Shown: positions 47,009-56,785 of the stretch, in pieces | How the letters are laid out: the number at the start of each line of letters is the position of its first letter | Numbering within the stretch: position 1 is the stretch's first letter | IMG/VR virus record: IMGVR_UViG_3300035698_006643 | Location: 8,744 to 72,743 of that record | Length of the DNA: 64,000 nt | Strand: one strand, 5' to 3' | DNA from: a virus | Position numbers and translations under genes: made by a program | The notes under the pieces: generated by a model | Database searches by the model: none | Told to the model about the DNA's origin: nothing | What the model saw: only the letters and a program-made list of their open reading frames with translations

Positions 47009-47838
47009 CCGCCAGCGCCTCGTTGGACTTCAGCCATACGAAGAATTGCAGTACATACCGACCCTTGATAGTTCTTCGCCGGGGTCGTGGGTTTCTTGTG
47101 GCCGTTCTTGATCAAGATATTGGCAAGGTCACGGTAGTGCATCGCCATCCCAGGGGGACTTGTTTCCAGGATTTCATAGACGAAATGCGAAATCCCAAGC
47201 CCCCGTTTTTTGCTAAGGGTGGTTTGAATTCGGTACGTGTCAAGCAGGGCAATCCCTTCGATGGGTCGAGGGGACAAGTCACCTGAATTGATTTTGATTG
47301 CACTACCCCTACTACCCTTCATCATATAAGCCCTATCAGCGGCGGCTGAAGAGGCGGCTGCTTCAGCCGCTTCCTTCATCGTAATTTTTCGACGGTCTTC
47401 AAGGACAGCCCTTTTCTCAGCAGCCCCTGGAACGACTTGCTTGTTCACTGGGACCATCGGAAGAATCTTGGACTGGTCTACATCTTCAGGTTCGATTCCC
47501 AAGGTTTTGGCAAAAGCCAGCAAAGCTTCAGTCCCGACGTGTGGCGGTTCTTCTCCAGCCAACCATTGACGGACATAGTGTTCAGCGGTCAGTTCCAGAT
47601 ATTCTGGGGTCCAGTTGGTATCAGCAGACAAAGGAATTCTCAGTGCCCGACATTCACGAATGAGCATCAAGCATCTTTCCTTGGTTTCAACTATCCAGCC
47701 GAAACAGTCGTCTTTGTTCCGGTAATACGATGACTGGTCTTTTCGGGACACCTTCCCACAGAAGGTAGCCCACCAGCCCATACCAGCGGTATAGGTTGGA
47801 CCTGTAGTGTCAAAATGCGGTGACTGTGGCATTGCCAT
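46990..47838 (-). CDS. Protein with C-terminal HARE-HTH-like winged helix
   Basis: FVYEILE...MHYRDLANIL...SVCTAILRM...GWVWLK. Confidence 0.65.
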   Translation of the reverse strand: MAMPQSPHFDTTGPTYTAGMGWWATFCGKVSRKDQSSYYRNKDDCFGWIVETKERCLMLIRECRALRIPLSADTNWTPEYLELTAEHYVRQWLAGEEPPHVGTEALLAFAKTLGIEPEDVDQSKILPMVPVNKQVVPGAAEKRAVLEDRRKITMKEAAEAAASSAAADRAYMMKGSRGSAIKINSGDLSPRPIEGIALLDTYRIQTTLSKKRGLGISHFVYEILETSPPGMAMHYRDLANILIKNGHKKPTTPAKNYQGSVCTAILRMAEVQRGAGGWVWLK

Positions 47839-47917
47839 TGTGGACCTCCGTCGTAGTTTCTACTGAGGTAGATACACTCTGAGGTCAGAGTTGTGCCCCA
47901 AAAAGTTTGAAGCCGCC

Positions 47918-48190
47918 CTAATCGAAGTCTGGATTCTCCACGACCTGCCAGTGCCAAACCGGTTGTCGGTCCTTGGTGTGGTACAGCATCCTTCTGAGTA
48001 AGCCCTGTTCAGCCATCCTCAAAAGTATCTTCCCATTCCGGTCTAAGAATCGTTTCCGATGTTCCCCACCCTTGGCCCATTCCGTGAAATTGAACCGGTC
48101 TATCAAAAATGCGGCCCGCCTGGTCGTGAACCACAAATTCCTGAAGTTGTTCCACAGAATCATAGCAGCGTCTGTGTACATTGGGTTCAT
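47918..48190 (-). CDS. Hypothetical protein
   Basis: ATGA overlap. Confidence 0.5.
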   Translation of the reverse strand: MNPMYTDAAMILWNNFRNLWFTTRRAAFLIDRFNFTEWAKGGEHRKRFLDRNGKILLRMAEQGLLRRMLYHTKDRQPVWHWQVVENPDFD

Positions 48191-48975
48191 GGGATGAACA
48201 GGTCGATGACTGGGCCGAAGTACAGAACTTCGGCTGGTAGGGGTGGAATAGGAATTGGAACCAACTTCGAGACATCAAGATGGGGTGCTGGTTGTTCAAA
48301 GGGAATGTAGCTGTCGAACTCCGTGTGGAGCTTTGTCTTTGGGATGAATAGTTCAGCATCAAACGGGACCAGGAGGACGGTTCGGTAGATACTACGGGAG
48401 AACTCCAACTTGCAAACGAATTGAAGATTCGTCTTCGACCGCTCCCACATAAATTCTATCGGGCCTTCCTTCCACAGTCCCAAGATTTCAATGAGGTCCC
48501 TGGCTTCACCCCAATCCAACAGGAAAGCCAAAGTACCGCCCGATGTAGGCTTCGACGCTACAACGAAGTCCATTATGTGTCTGGCGTACAGGTACAGATA
48601 CGGACATTGCTGAGCCGTTGTAGCCGCCCTGAGATTCCGAGGCTGTCGAAGGAATGGGCTTGAATACCCCCGAGAAGAACAAGCCATCTTCCCGGCTTGG
48701 GTCAGTAGTTTCCTAACGGTAGATGAACGTGCCCCAAGTGGGATGGGAACTCTTCCCATCACTTCGCCTTGTCCGTCCCTCACGGTAAACATCAGCCCGT
48801 ACATCGTCTCGGCCCCGGTTCTTACCTGGACTTCGTCAAAATGAATGGTCTTCTTGTAGGGGTGGGTGTGAACCTGGTATGGGGCGATGGTGTTGCCGAA
48901 GGCATTCGATACAGCACCTATGATGATATTCCGTTCACTGGAATCGTAGGTGTATGAGACTGTAGCTTCAACCAT
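48187..48975 (-). CDS. Hypothetical protein
   Basis: 262 aa following nrdJ. Confidence 0.55.
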   Translation of the reverse strand: MVEATVSYTYDSSERNIIIGAVSNAFGNTIAPYQVHTHPYKKTIHFDEVQVRTGAETMYGLMFTVRDGQGEVMGRVPIPLGARSSTVRKLLTQAGKMACSSRGYSSPFLRQPRNLRAATTAQQCPYLYLYARHIMDFVVASKPTSGGTLAFLLDWGEARDLIEILGLWKEGPIEFMWERSKTNLQFVCKLEFSRSIYRTVLLVPFDAELFIPKTKLHTEFDSYIPFEQPAPHLDVSKLVPIPIPPLPAEVLYFGPVIDLFIP

Positions 48976-48981
48976 CCTGAA

Positions 48982-51525
48982 TCACCCACAGCCACCGACG
49001 TTGTCCCCACAGTTGGTACAGGTGTAGCAAGTGCCGGTCTGCATCAGAACATGCCCACAACGATTGCACAGTCGATTCGACATTTTGGGTTCGTCCTGGA
49101 CTCCCTGATTCATCCCTGATACTTCCTCCAGGAACCGGAACAGGTAATCAAGGGTCGAAGTAGCCATCTTGATACTGGGGTGTCCTTCAATCACCATCCC
49201 AGAGGGCTCAAAGGTCATTGCCTTCATCTTGTCGGCCATGATTGACAGGGGAACCCCATACTGGAGGGCAATCGAACAAATCGTAGCATGAGCGTCGGCC
49301 CAACCAGCGAGAGCTCCCCCATGCTTCGTTAGGTCTACGAAGAACTCTTTGATTTCCCCGTCTTCATTCTTCCCGATATGGATGTATCCTTCTTGCCCCC
49401 CGATGTTGAACTTGTGTGTGAATCCTTCACGGATATTGGGGAGCTTTTCCCGACGGGCTTTCAAACGGAAGCGGGCTTTCTTCCCTTCCAGGGGCTGACT
49501 GGCCTTTGACCCGTCCCGATAGATGGTGACGCTCTTCAGACCCAATTCCCATGCCGTTTGGTAGGTCCAGGCAACGTCTTCCTCTGTAGCCTGATGGGGA
49601 AGGTTCACAGTCTTCGAGATACTTCCTGACAAGAATGGCTGTACCGCTGCCATCATCCCAAGGTGCCCTCGAATCGTAATCTGGTTAGACTGTGAAAGGG
49701 CTGTCTGGAATACAGGCTTGTCTTCGACTCGAAGCCGGTCAAGGAATGTCACTTCATCGGGGGAGTCTCCGATGATGTCTTCAATGTTCTTGTACCCCAG
49801 AGCCTGAAGCCCCAGATTCACGCATTTGTTCTTCAGGATTAGTTCCCCGCCACCGACAAGCTCTTTCTGAGTTGACAGCATCAGCAAGGGTTCGATTCCA
49901 GTCGTGTCAGCCCCAGAGAGGAATGAAATCGTTCCGGTGGGGGCCAGAAGCGTAACCTGTGCATTCCTGACTGGCTGGCCTTGACGCTTCATCACCTTCC
50001 GCCACATTTTACAGACCGAAGGGTGAGCCGCTTTGGATTTGTGGTTGTCCCAAACTTCAGCGTGTTGTTCAATGACCTTCCAAAGCCTGGTACAGTCGAA
50101 AAGACCTTCTGGTTCGGCGCCAGCGTCGTGGTTGGAATTTTCCCAAACACGGTGAGCTAGATCCATGCTCACATCATAGGCTACAGCGGTCATAAAGGAG
50201 GTCAGGGCAGAAGCTATGTCTCGACCCCTATCAGAGTCATACGCAATCCCACTACTCACCAGCAGCCCGCCAAGGTCCATGTAGCCCAATCCTAGCGGTC
50301 GGTACTTCAGGCTGTTCGCTGTGATTTCTTCTGTGGGGTAGATTGACTTCCCAACTAGGATGTCCTGAGCAATAACCAGGATGCGTACCGTTTGGGCGAA
50401 GTCAGCAGCCTTGAAGCCCTGCTCCAGATTAGAAGTCGGTCTTGCCGGCTTGTACGGGCTTAGACTGATACTGGATAGATTGCACGCTGAGTTGTCGATG
50501 AATGTGAATTCCCCGCATGGGTTAGACCCATTGATAGGTTCGTCAACAGTTCGCCACTGGTCAACCGTATCGTGGAATTGAAGTCCGGGGTCGCCACATT
50601 CCCAGGCTGACCTAGCAATTTCCTTCCACAACTTGGTGGCAGGGATAGGTACCTTGCTTCCATCGCCCCGGTTAATCAGGTAGAAGGTCGCTTCATCTGC
50701 TACGGCTTGCATGAAGCTGTCCGTCATCCGGACTGAATTGTTTGCGTTCTGGAAGAAGATGGATTGGTAGGCGTCCCCGTCAATCCCGCCAGAATATCCA
50801 ATGGCAATCAGTTCACGGGCCTTCTGTTCTTCCTTCGACTTGCACTTGATGAACTGTTCGATGTCGGGGTGGTCGATATTGAGGACGATAATCTTAGCCG
50901 CCCTTCGTGTGCGTCCCCCACTCTTGATAACGCCGGCAAACGAATCGTAACCCCGCATGAAGCTGACAGGCCCCGAAGCATAACCACCGCCACTGAGTGG
51001 TTCATTGCTACCACGAAGCACTGAAAGGTTGACCCCAGCCCCACTACCACGCTTGAAGATGTTCGCTTCCGTGGAAGCCAGCTTCATAATCGAGTCCATG
51101 TCGTCTTCAACGGAATTGATGAAGCAAGCCGAGCATTGGGATTCATCGAAGATACCGACGTTGTACCAGACTGGGCTATTGAAGAAAGCCCGTCCGGTCA
51201 CGAAGAGGAACATCAATTCGTCGTAGAAGATGACCGCTTCTTCAGGGGTCAGGATTCCGTCAGCTACGCCCCAGTCTCGGATATTGCTTGCGACCCGGTC
51301 GAAGGCTGTCTTGAAGGACTTTTCCTGTTCGCCTTTGTTGTCTTGTCTCAGGTAGTGTCTGGAACAGATGTTGATTTGGTTCTTGTTCCACCAGGCCGGG
51401 ACTTCAATACCTAGCATTTCGTAGAGGACTTCTTTCTTGGACCCAAGTAGCTGGGTGTCGGTGGTGACCCAGTCTGTGGCTTCAAGTGCAGTTCCTGGTT
51501 CTGGTACAAAATGTCGTTTTATCAT
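48982..51525 (-). CDS. nrdJ: Class II (B12-dependent) ribonucleotide reductase
   Basis: FNSPVWYN; QCSACFI; GGRTRRAAK; SNPCGEF; CNLSSI; APTGTIS; YRDGSK; C-terminal zinc ribbon. Confidence 0.95.
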   Translation of the reverse strand: MIKRHFVPEPGTALEATDWVTTDTQLLGSKKEVLYEMLGIEVPAWWNKNQINICSRHYLRQDNKGEQEKSFKTAFDRVASNIRDWGVADGILTPEEAVIFYDELMFLFVTGRAFFNSPVWYNVGIFDESQCSACFINSVEDDMDSIMKLASTEANIFKRGSGAGVNLSVLRGSNEPLSGGGYASGPVSFMRGYDSFAGVIKSGGRTRRAAKIIVLNIDHPDIEQFIKCKSKEEQKARELIAIGYSGGIDGDAYQSIFFQNANNSVRMTDSFMQAVADEATFYLINRGDGSKVPIPATKLWKEIARSAWECGDPGLQFHDTVDQWRTVDEPINGSNPCGEFTFIDNSACNLSSISLSPYKPARPTSNLEQGFKAADFAQTVRILVIAQDILVGKSIYPTEEITANSLKYRPLGLGYMDLGGLLVSSGIAYDSDRGRDIASALTSFMTAVAYDVSMDLAHRVWENSNHDAGAEPEGLFDCTRLWKVIEQHAEVWDNHKSKAAHPSVCKMWRKVMKRQGQPVRNAQVTLLAPTGTISFLSGADTTGIEPLLMLSTQKELVGGGELILKNKCVNLGLQALGYKNIEDIIGDSPDEVTFLDRLRVEDKPVFQTALSQSNQITIRGHLGMMAAVQPFLSGSISKTVNLPHQATEEDVAWTYQTAWELGLKSVTIYRDGSKASQPLEGKKARFRLKARREKLPNIREGFTHKFNIGGQEGYIHIGKNEDGEIKEFFVDLTKHGGALAGWADAHATICSIALQYGVPLSIMADKMKAMTFEPSGMVIEGHPSIKMATSTLDYLFRFLEEVSGMNQGVQDEPKMSNRLCNRCGHVLMQTGTCYTCTNCGDNVGGCG

Positions 51526-51586
51526 CGGTAGGCCCTCTTGTTAGCGTCAAGTATTTCATAATACAACGCTTTGGCCCTAAACCGAA

Positions 51587-51781
51587 CTACTTTGCCCCAA
51601 AAAACAGGGCTGTACCCAACACAGCCCAGGACCCCCAAAGGGCCATCGGGAAATCCAGGAACATCTCTACCGAGAATGTCCCATTGGAAACCGTTGCCGC
51701 CCCAACTACAGCCACAATACTCCCGGCTCCCAGCATTGACAGAAACCCAAACCCTTTGAGATAGCTCGTCTTTTCATACAT
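51587..51781 (-). CDS. Small membrane protein
   Basis: Two hydrophobic segments; SD GGAGG. Confidence 0.55.
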   Translation of the reverse strand: MYEKTSYLKGFGFLSMLGAGSIVAVVGAATVSNGTFSVEMFLDFPMALWGSWAVLGTALFFGAK

Positions 51782-51824
51782 GGCAGAACCTCCACCTACG
51801 ATTAAACCACAGCTACGGGGTTCG

Positions 51825-53372
51825 TCAACTTTTTGGGTTGTTTATTGTAGTGAGGAGGCTGACCACATCAACCGTAGTGGTCTTGATACGGGCTTTAGCG
51901 ATTTTGAAGTAGTGAGGTTCCTTCTCGACTCCAATGAATCCCAGCGCCTTCTTGCGGGCGGCGATTCCTGTCGTACCTGACCCCATGAATGGGTCTAGTA
52001 CAGTACCCCCCTGGGGAGTCACAAGCTCGACAAGGTAACACATCAACCGAACAGACTTCACCGTAGGGTGGGTGTTCTTCTTTTCATTTCCACCACGGTT
52101 GTACGGGTTGTTGCTTCCTGCCTGTCCTTTGATTCGACTGGCATCCCGCTGACCGGTCTTGAAGTCTTCCAGACCAGCCTGTTTCTCCGACGACGATGCC
52201 TTGACCGTGTAGAAGAACTGTTGGAAGAAACTGGAAGGCTGGTTCCCTTCAGAATAAAGCACCTGGTCATCAAGCTGCTTCACAGGACAGTCTTCGTGGC
52301 ACGTCTTCCCACACTTGGGGTGGTGGGTCAGCATCAGGTGTGCCGGCCACCGACCTTCGTTCAGTGTCTCTTCGTAGGGCTCCCCAACAGCGTCACCAAA
52401 CGGTTTGGCCCCATTCACGAACCTGTTGATTTGTACAGGGTCAGACCCGACCCGGGTGTCTTTCAGGTTCATCCCCCCAGTACCAAACTTCAAGGTGTTT
52501 GCAGCCAGGTTTAGAATCTGTCCTTTCCGGTATGGCCAGGTTTGTTTGAACTCACCTTTAGCCCCCTTCAGTAGCCAACCACTGTCGTCTTCGGGGCATA
52601 GGGCCACCCATCGTTCTTCGTGAATCCAACGAAGAACTTGCCCGTCTTCCAGGACTTCCACTTGCGGGGCCAAATCCTGGTCCTGACACAATCTGTAGCA
52701 TCTGGACCGTTTCCAAGAAGCAGCGTCTGGTTTCCCAGACCACTTGACCGAATCCTTTGCTGTGTACCACCTGGTCCAACCTGTAATCTTGTGAAGGTCT
52801 TCGTAGCTGACTGGGGCCAGCGGTTTTTGGGCTAGTATCCAATGTTCAACTGCGGGCTTCAAGGCCGTGCCTTCCCCAGAAGTACGAAGGACTTTTCTGT
52901 CGTCCCCAGCCGCAGCGTCAATCGCTTTTCCAATGTCTTTACTATGCGGGAATCCAGACCCAAACAGGTGACACAGGATTGAGTCATCCGGCAGCAACCG
53001 ATAGAACGCATCAAGCTGAACTTCGTCAAGGCTGTCCAGGAAATCATTCAAGTGGGAACTGGGTGGAAGGATGTCGTGGATACGGTCTCGTACCCTGAAG
53101 CCAGCTTCTTCAATCGCCAGCGCCGTCCAATGTGACGTACGGGGGATGCCCCAGACTAGGATATGCCCACCAGGTTTCAATACCCGAAAGCACTCCAGCA
53201 TCACTGTTGTCAACCAGGCGACCCACTGGTCACGACCACCAAGGTCACCGTCCCATTCCTTTCCCATAAAGGAAATGCCAGCGGGCGGGTCAGTGACAAC
53301 TGAATCAACAGAGTCGTCTGGGATGTCCTTCAATGCTTCAGGACATTCGCCCTGTCGGAGGTCTAAAATCAC
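51825..53372 (-). CDS. N6-adenine/N4-cytosine DNA methyltransferase (beta class)
   Basis: VVTDPPA; HPTVKS; VLDPFMGSGTT. Confidence 0.9.
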   Translation of the reverse strand: MILDLRQGECPEALKDIPDDSVDSVVTDPPAGISFMGKEWDGDLGGRDQWVAWLTTVMLECFRVLKPGGHILVWGIPRTSHWTALAIEEAGFRVRDRIHDILPPSSHLNDFLDSLDEVQLDAFYRLLPDDSILCHLFGSGFPHSKDIGKAIDAAAGDDRKVLRTSGEGTALKPAVEHWILAQKPLAPVSYEDLHKITGWTRWYTAKDSVKWSGKPDAASWKRSRCYRLCQDQDLAPQVEVLEDGQVLRWIHEERWVALCPEDDSGWLLKGAKGEFKQTWPYRKGQILNLAANTLKFGTGGMNLKDTRVGSDPVQINRFVNGAKPFGDAVGEPYEETLNEGRWPAHLMLTHHPKCGKTCHEDCPVKQLDDQVLYSEGNQPSSFFQQFFYTVKASSSEKQAGLEDFKTGQRDASRIKGQAGSNNPYNRGGNEKKNTHPTVKSVRLMCYLVELVTPQGGTVLDPFMGSGTTGIAARKKALGFIGVEKEPHYFKIAKARIKTTTVDVVSLLTTINNPKS

Positions 53373-54145
53373 GCCATCAACCTCTGTTCTTCTTGTTCTT
53401 CAAGTCGCTTTTTCTCTCGGTATATCCAGTAGGACTTATTCTGCCTATACAAGTCCTGTCTGAGTTGGGCTTCAGCGAACTTGTGGTTCGCTAGTATTCG
53501 CTTGGCTACTGGACCGTACTCCCGGTCCTTCAGCAGGAACAAGAGGGCCTTAGCCGTCATTTCGGAATCGTACTGAGCCCTATGGGCAAGACCTTCAGCT
53601 TTGAGTTCAAAGCGTTCAGCAAGGCTCACCATTTTATGGCGCCCACGACCAGGCCAGCGGCCTCCAATATCATCGTTGTGTACCAGGGGGTAAGTGTCGA
53701 TTACAGAGGTATCCAGCATCACCTTTTCCCAAGGGAGACCTAGCTGTCTGTCCAACACCTTCAAGTCGTAGGCATAGAAGTTGTGGCCCACAATCACATC
53801 AACGGACCGAACTAGGTTGCACAGCCAGGGAGATAATTGAGAGATTGACTTTTCGCCCGCCGTAGTGAACTCCGTCATCCCGTGAGCTTCTATAGCACTG
53901 AACTCAATCGGGAACGGTTCTGTCACAGGTTCATTGCTTTCATCTAGTAGAACTTCCCCGTCGGCGTCTAGGACAGGCCGTACTCCAGGGTCAACTAGCC
54001 TAGATTCTCGGTGGGTGATTTCAAGACCCTGTACTAGACACACACCGATTTCGATTATTCGACAGGTGCTAGTGTCCAGGCCCGTCGTTTCAATGTCGAG
54101 CGCTAACCAAGGTCGTTCCCACCAGTAAGTACCTTTCTGATTCAT
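53369..54145 (-). CDS. dnaQ: DEDDh 3'-5' exonuclease (Pol III epsilon-like)
   Basis: LDIETTG; GHNFYAYD; IDT; AHRAQYD. Confidence 0.88.
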   Translation of the reverse strand: MNQKGTYWWERPWLALDIETTGLDTSTCRIIEIGVCLVQGLEITHRESRLVDPGVRPVLDADGEVLLDESNEPVTEPFPIEFSAIEAHGMTEFTTAGEKSISQLSPWLCNLVRSVDVIVGHNFYAYDLKVLDRQLGLPWEKVMLDTSVIDTYPLVHNDDIGGRWPGRGRHKMVSLAERFELKAEGLAHRAQYDSEMTAKALLFLLKDREYGPVAKRILANHKFAEAQLRQDLYRQNKSYWIYREKKRLEEQEEQRLMA

Positions 54146-54198
54146 TTGGATACCCCCCTTTCGGAAGGATTCTACAACCTGAACCTCAGATAGAAGAT

Positions 54199-54855
54199 TT
54201 AGAGGTAGGAATCAAGAACAGCCCCTATCTTATAGGATGGAATTACAGCACTGTTTTCAGTCAGTATCCGAAAGACCTTCCATCCCCGTGCCGACAGGTC
54301 AGCATCACGAAGCATATCTTCAGCTTCAATTTCAGGATTCTGGTGGTACCGACCATCGAATTCAATGACAGCCCGCTGGTCAGGTAGAACAAGGTCAACG
54401 ATGTAAGGGCCAATAGGTTCTTCAAATTGGTAGGGTACTTCCATTTCATCAAGTAGTACCTTGATTTCAACATACTTCCAGGCTTCTCGTAGCCGAAGAA
54501 TTTCGTGAATAGGTAAGGCATTATCACAGTGCTGTCTTCCAGCTTCCCACCGTCGTTCTTTAGCTTCAGGGGATACGCACCTGTATCGAAGATAGTCGGC
54601 ACATTCATCTGAACAAGTCCTCCTGGCTTTACAGGTGTCCTTTACCTGGAAGACGGCCCCACAGACTACACACTTCTTGTCAATGATTTTGGCTGTTCGT
54701 CCCAAGAACTTGTTAGCGTGAATGGCACAACATGTCCTGCAACAGTACATCCCTCGGCCCTTTTTCAGAGCCCGGTTGACTTCACTCAATGCTTTCAGGT
54801 GCATCTTGCCGCAGTCAGGATTCTGACAACGGACTTCAGTCATTGTTCGTCCCAT
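54199..54855 (-). CDS. Free-standing DUF559/Vsr-like endonuclease with zinc fingers
   Basis: Two C..C...C...C units; YIVDL; IEFDGRYH; RDADL...GWKVFRI. Confidence 0.85.
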   Translation of the reverse strand: MGRTMTEVRCQNPDCGKMHLKALSEVNRALKKGRGMYCCRTCCAIHANKFLGRTAKIIDKKCVVCGAVFQVKDTCKARRTCSDECADYLRYRCVSPEAKERRWEAGRQHCDNALPIHEILRLREAWKYVEIKVLLDEMEVPYQFEEPIGPYIVDLVLPDQRAVIEFDGRYHQNPEIEAEDMLRDADLSARGWKVFRILTENSAVIPSYKIGAVLDSYL

Positions 54856-54861
54856 TTGACA

Positions 54862-54883
54862 CCTGGTTTCAAGAACTTGGACA
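54862..54883 (-). repeat. 22-bp exact copy of the TnpB element right end (62046-62067)
   Basis: TGTCCAAGTTCTTGAAACCAGG at both sites. Confidence 0.95.
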
Positions 54884-54946
54884 GTCAGTTGATGGAAGTG
54901 TCAAGGGGTAGTGAAACCCAGGGACAGCCTAATGAAATCGGTATAG

Positions 54947-55315
54947 TGGAGGTGGCGTGAATCGAACACGCGTCCGTTAAAGGGTCACTCTGCACGTCTA
55001 CGTGTGTAGGCAAAAGTGTTTGGGTTTCCCCATCTCGCCCTACGACCATCACTCTTGCCAGAAGTGTTCGTCAGGCTACCCTCGTTTGTCTTGTTTCCAT
55101 CAGCCCCGTGGGTACGGACTTCAGGCAGCAGACCGAATAAATGACGAAAGGGTCCAGGTCACAGTCTTCCCTGGTCTTTCGGGCTACGAGTTTTTACGCA
55201 GCCATGCGAACTGGTGTGTTTGCATTTAGTGTTTGCAACGCTTTTGACAGGGTGCGTTACCTCCCCGACACGCAATACAGGTTTCCGACTCCAACGTCGA
55301 AGCCATGTCACCCCC
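54947..55315 (-). ncRNA. ssrA: tmRNA; tag ANTPVRMAA* at 55194-55223
   Basis: 5' GGGGGTGAC...TTCGAC; acceptor stem with G3-U; T-arm GCGTG TTCGATT CACGC; resume context TAAAT GCA; promoter TTGAGG-17-TATAGT at 55337-55365. Confidence 0.95.
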
Positions 55316-55372
55316 AAAAAATCAAAGAACACAAGGACTATACACTGAGGTCACCTGTCCCTCAAGTTTCAG

Positions 55373-55454
55373 TGGGAACGGGGGGACTCGAACCCCCACG
55401 TCAAAAGACACTGGATCCTAAATCCAGGGCGTCTACCAATTCCGTCACGCTCCC
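55373..55454 (-). tRNA. tRNA-Leu(TAG)
   Basis: Cloverleaf; CTGGA-TTTAGGA-TCCAG; long variable arm. Confidence 0.95.
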
Positions 55455-55459
55455 TTTCA

Positions 55460-56002
55460 TCATTCTTCACACAAGAATTGCTGTACATCTTCGTCAGAGA
55501 ACAAGACGACGACAACTTCATCAATCCCGACCCATTCGTCAAATCGCTTTACATCCCGAATGGCTCTGGCGAACTCAGCCACCGACCCACCAAAGATTCC
55601 GGCTGAAATCGCTGGGAAGGCTACTGTCTTTATCCCTTTAAGCTTTGCTTCATGAAGGCAGTTGTACACGCACATCCTGAGAGCCGCCGCTGGGTCGGTA
55701 CTTACGACTTCGCCGTCACGAAGTTCCTCCAGTTGATGTCCCTCAAAGATGGGGCCAGCCGTATGAATGATGAACTTTGCATTGAGGTTGAACCCCGGCG
55801 TAGTCCGTGCTTGTCCGACTCGGATACGGACATTGGGTTCCAGTTCTGGGATCTTTTCGCAATACGCCAGAAGTTCTGGGCCAGCCGCACGATGAATCGC
55901 CCCGTCTACGCCCCCGCCGCCAAGCAACTTGAGGTTGGCTGCATTTACGATAGCGTCAGTCTTGGCATGAACGATGTTTCCCTGATAGTAATTGAGTCGC
56001 AT
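55460..56002 (-). CDS. Macrodomain ADP-ribose hydrolase (YmdB-like)
   Basis: AIVNAAN..LLGGGGVDGAIH; IIHTAGP; AFPAISAGIFG. Confidence 0.93.
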   Translation of the reverse strand: MRLNYYQGNIVHAKTDAIVNAANLKLLGGGGVDGAIHRAAGPELLAYCEKIPELEPNVRIRVGQARTTPGFNLNAKFIIHTAGPIFEGHQLEELRDGEVVSTDPAAALRMCVYNCLHEAKLKGIKTVAFPAISAGIFGGSVAEFARAIRDVKRFDEWVGIDEVVVVLFSDEDVQQFLCEE

Positions 56003-56011
56003 TTGGCCTCC

Positions 56012-56332
56012 TTAGTCGGCTACGATTTTGAAGTTGGAATCATCAAGAGGGACTGGGTACAGTCTTGTTTCGATAAGCAGCGGTCCCCCACTGATTAGGA
56101 ACCCACTTGAAACGACGTACATCCCATCTTCAAGTGACCGTTGGAAGCACAGTGCAAATCTGGATGCTTTTCGGTACTGCGAGATTTTGTCGAGTACAGC
56201 TTCTGCTTTCACCCCCCGCAATTCCAAAGTTTCACCGCCGTCTTTACCGGGGGTGAAGACCAGCCCGATATGCTTCGTCTTTGAATACCCACCGTCAATA
56301 GCATCCCGGCAGGCTTCCAGGACTGTTTCCAT
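56012..56332 (-). CDS. Hypothetical protein
   Basis: 106 aa in a run of small genes. Confidence 0.5.
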   Translation of the reverse strand: METVLEACRDAIDGGYSKTKHIGLVFTPGKDGGETLELRGVKAEAVLDKISQYRKASRFALCFQRSLEDGMYVVSSGFLISGGPLLIETRLYPVPLDDSNFKIVAD

Positions 56333-56357
56333 AAAGTTGTCTTTGCATCTGTGTCCC

Positions 56358-56585
56358 CTAGTCTTGCTTTACGACCCGTACCGCTTCTGGGTGAATCAAG
56401 ATGGTATGGTCATAATCTTTGGTCTGGATTCGAGCGTACCCATGAGTGGTACTGTACCCGACCAACGTACCAGTACATCCGATATGTATCCTGGCCTCCA
56501 GTGGGTGCTCAAGGACCACCACGGTGTCGCCGGGTTTGGCGTCACAGTTAGGACTAGTATCAACGGTGTGATTTGGTAGGTTCAT
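56358..56585 (-). CDS. Small SH3/KOW-like protein
   Basis: KPGDTVVV...IGCTGTLVG; ATGA overlap. Confidence 0.5.
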   Translation of the reverse strand: MNLPNHTVDTSPNCDAKPGDTVVVLEHPLEARIHIGCTGTLVGYSTTHGYARIQTKDYDHTILIHPEAVRVVKQD

Positions 56586-56785
56586 CTGGGGACCCCTCTG
56601 TGGTGAACTGCATCACGAATCTTCTGAAGAATCTCTTCAGTACAGGCGTCGCAACTTCTGGACTTCGGGGCTTGAGCCTGAGACACAGAATAGAATGGCC
56701 CAATCAACTCCTTGCAGTAGATACATTCCCTGTAAATCTTCGGATGGTTCATCCCATCGCTGTTGTCAACTTTCATTACCACCAT
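56582..56785 (-). CDS. Small zinc-finger protein
   Basis: CIYC...CDAC. Confidence 0.5.
   Translation of the reverse strand: MVVMKVDNSDGMNHPKIYRECIYCKELIGPFYSVSQAQAPKSRSCDACTEEILQKIRDAVHHRGVPR

Noticed and set aside
55002-55641. + strand ORFs over tmRNA and tRNA-Leu
   Set aside because: Antisense to RNA genes.
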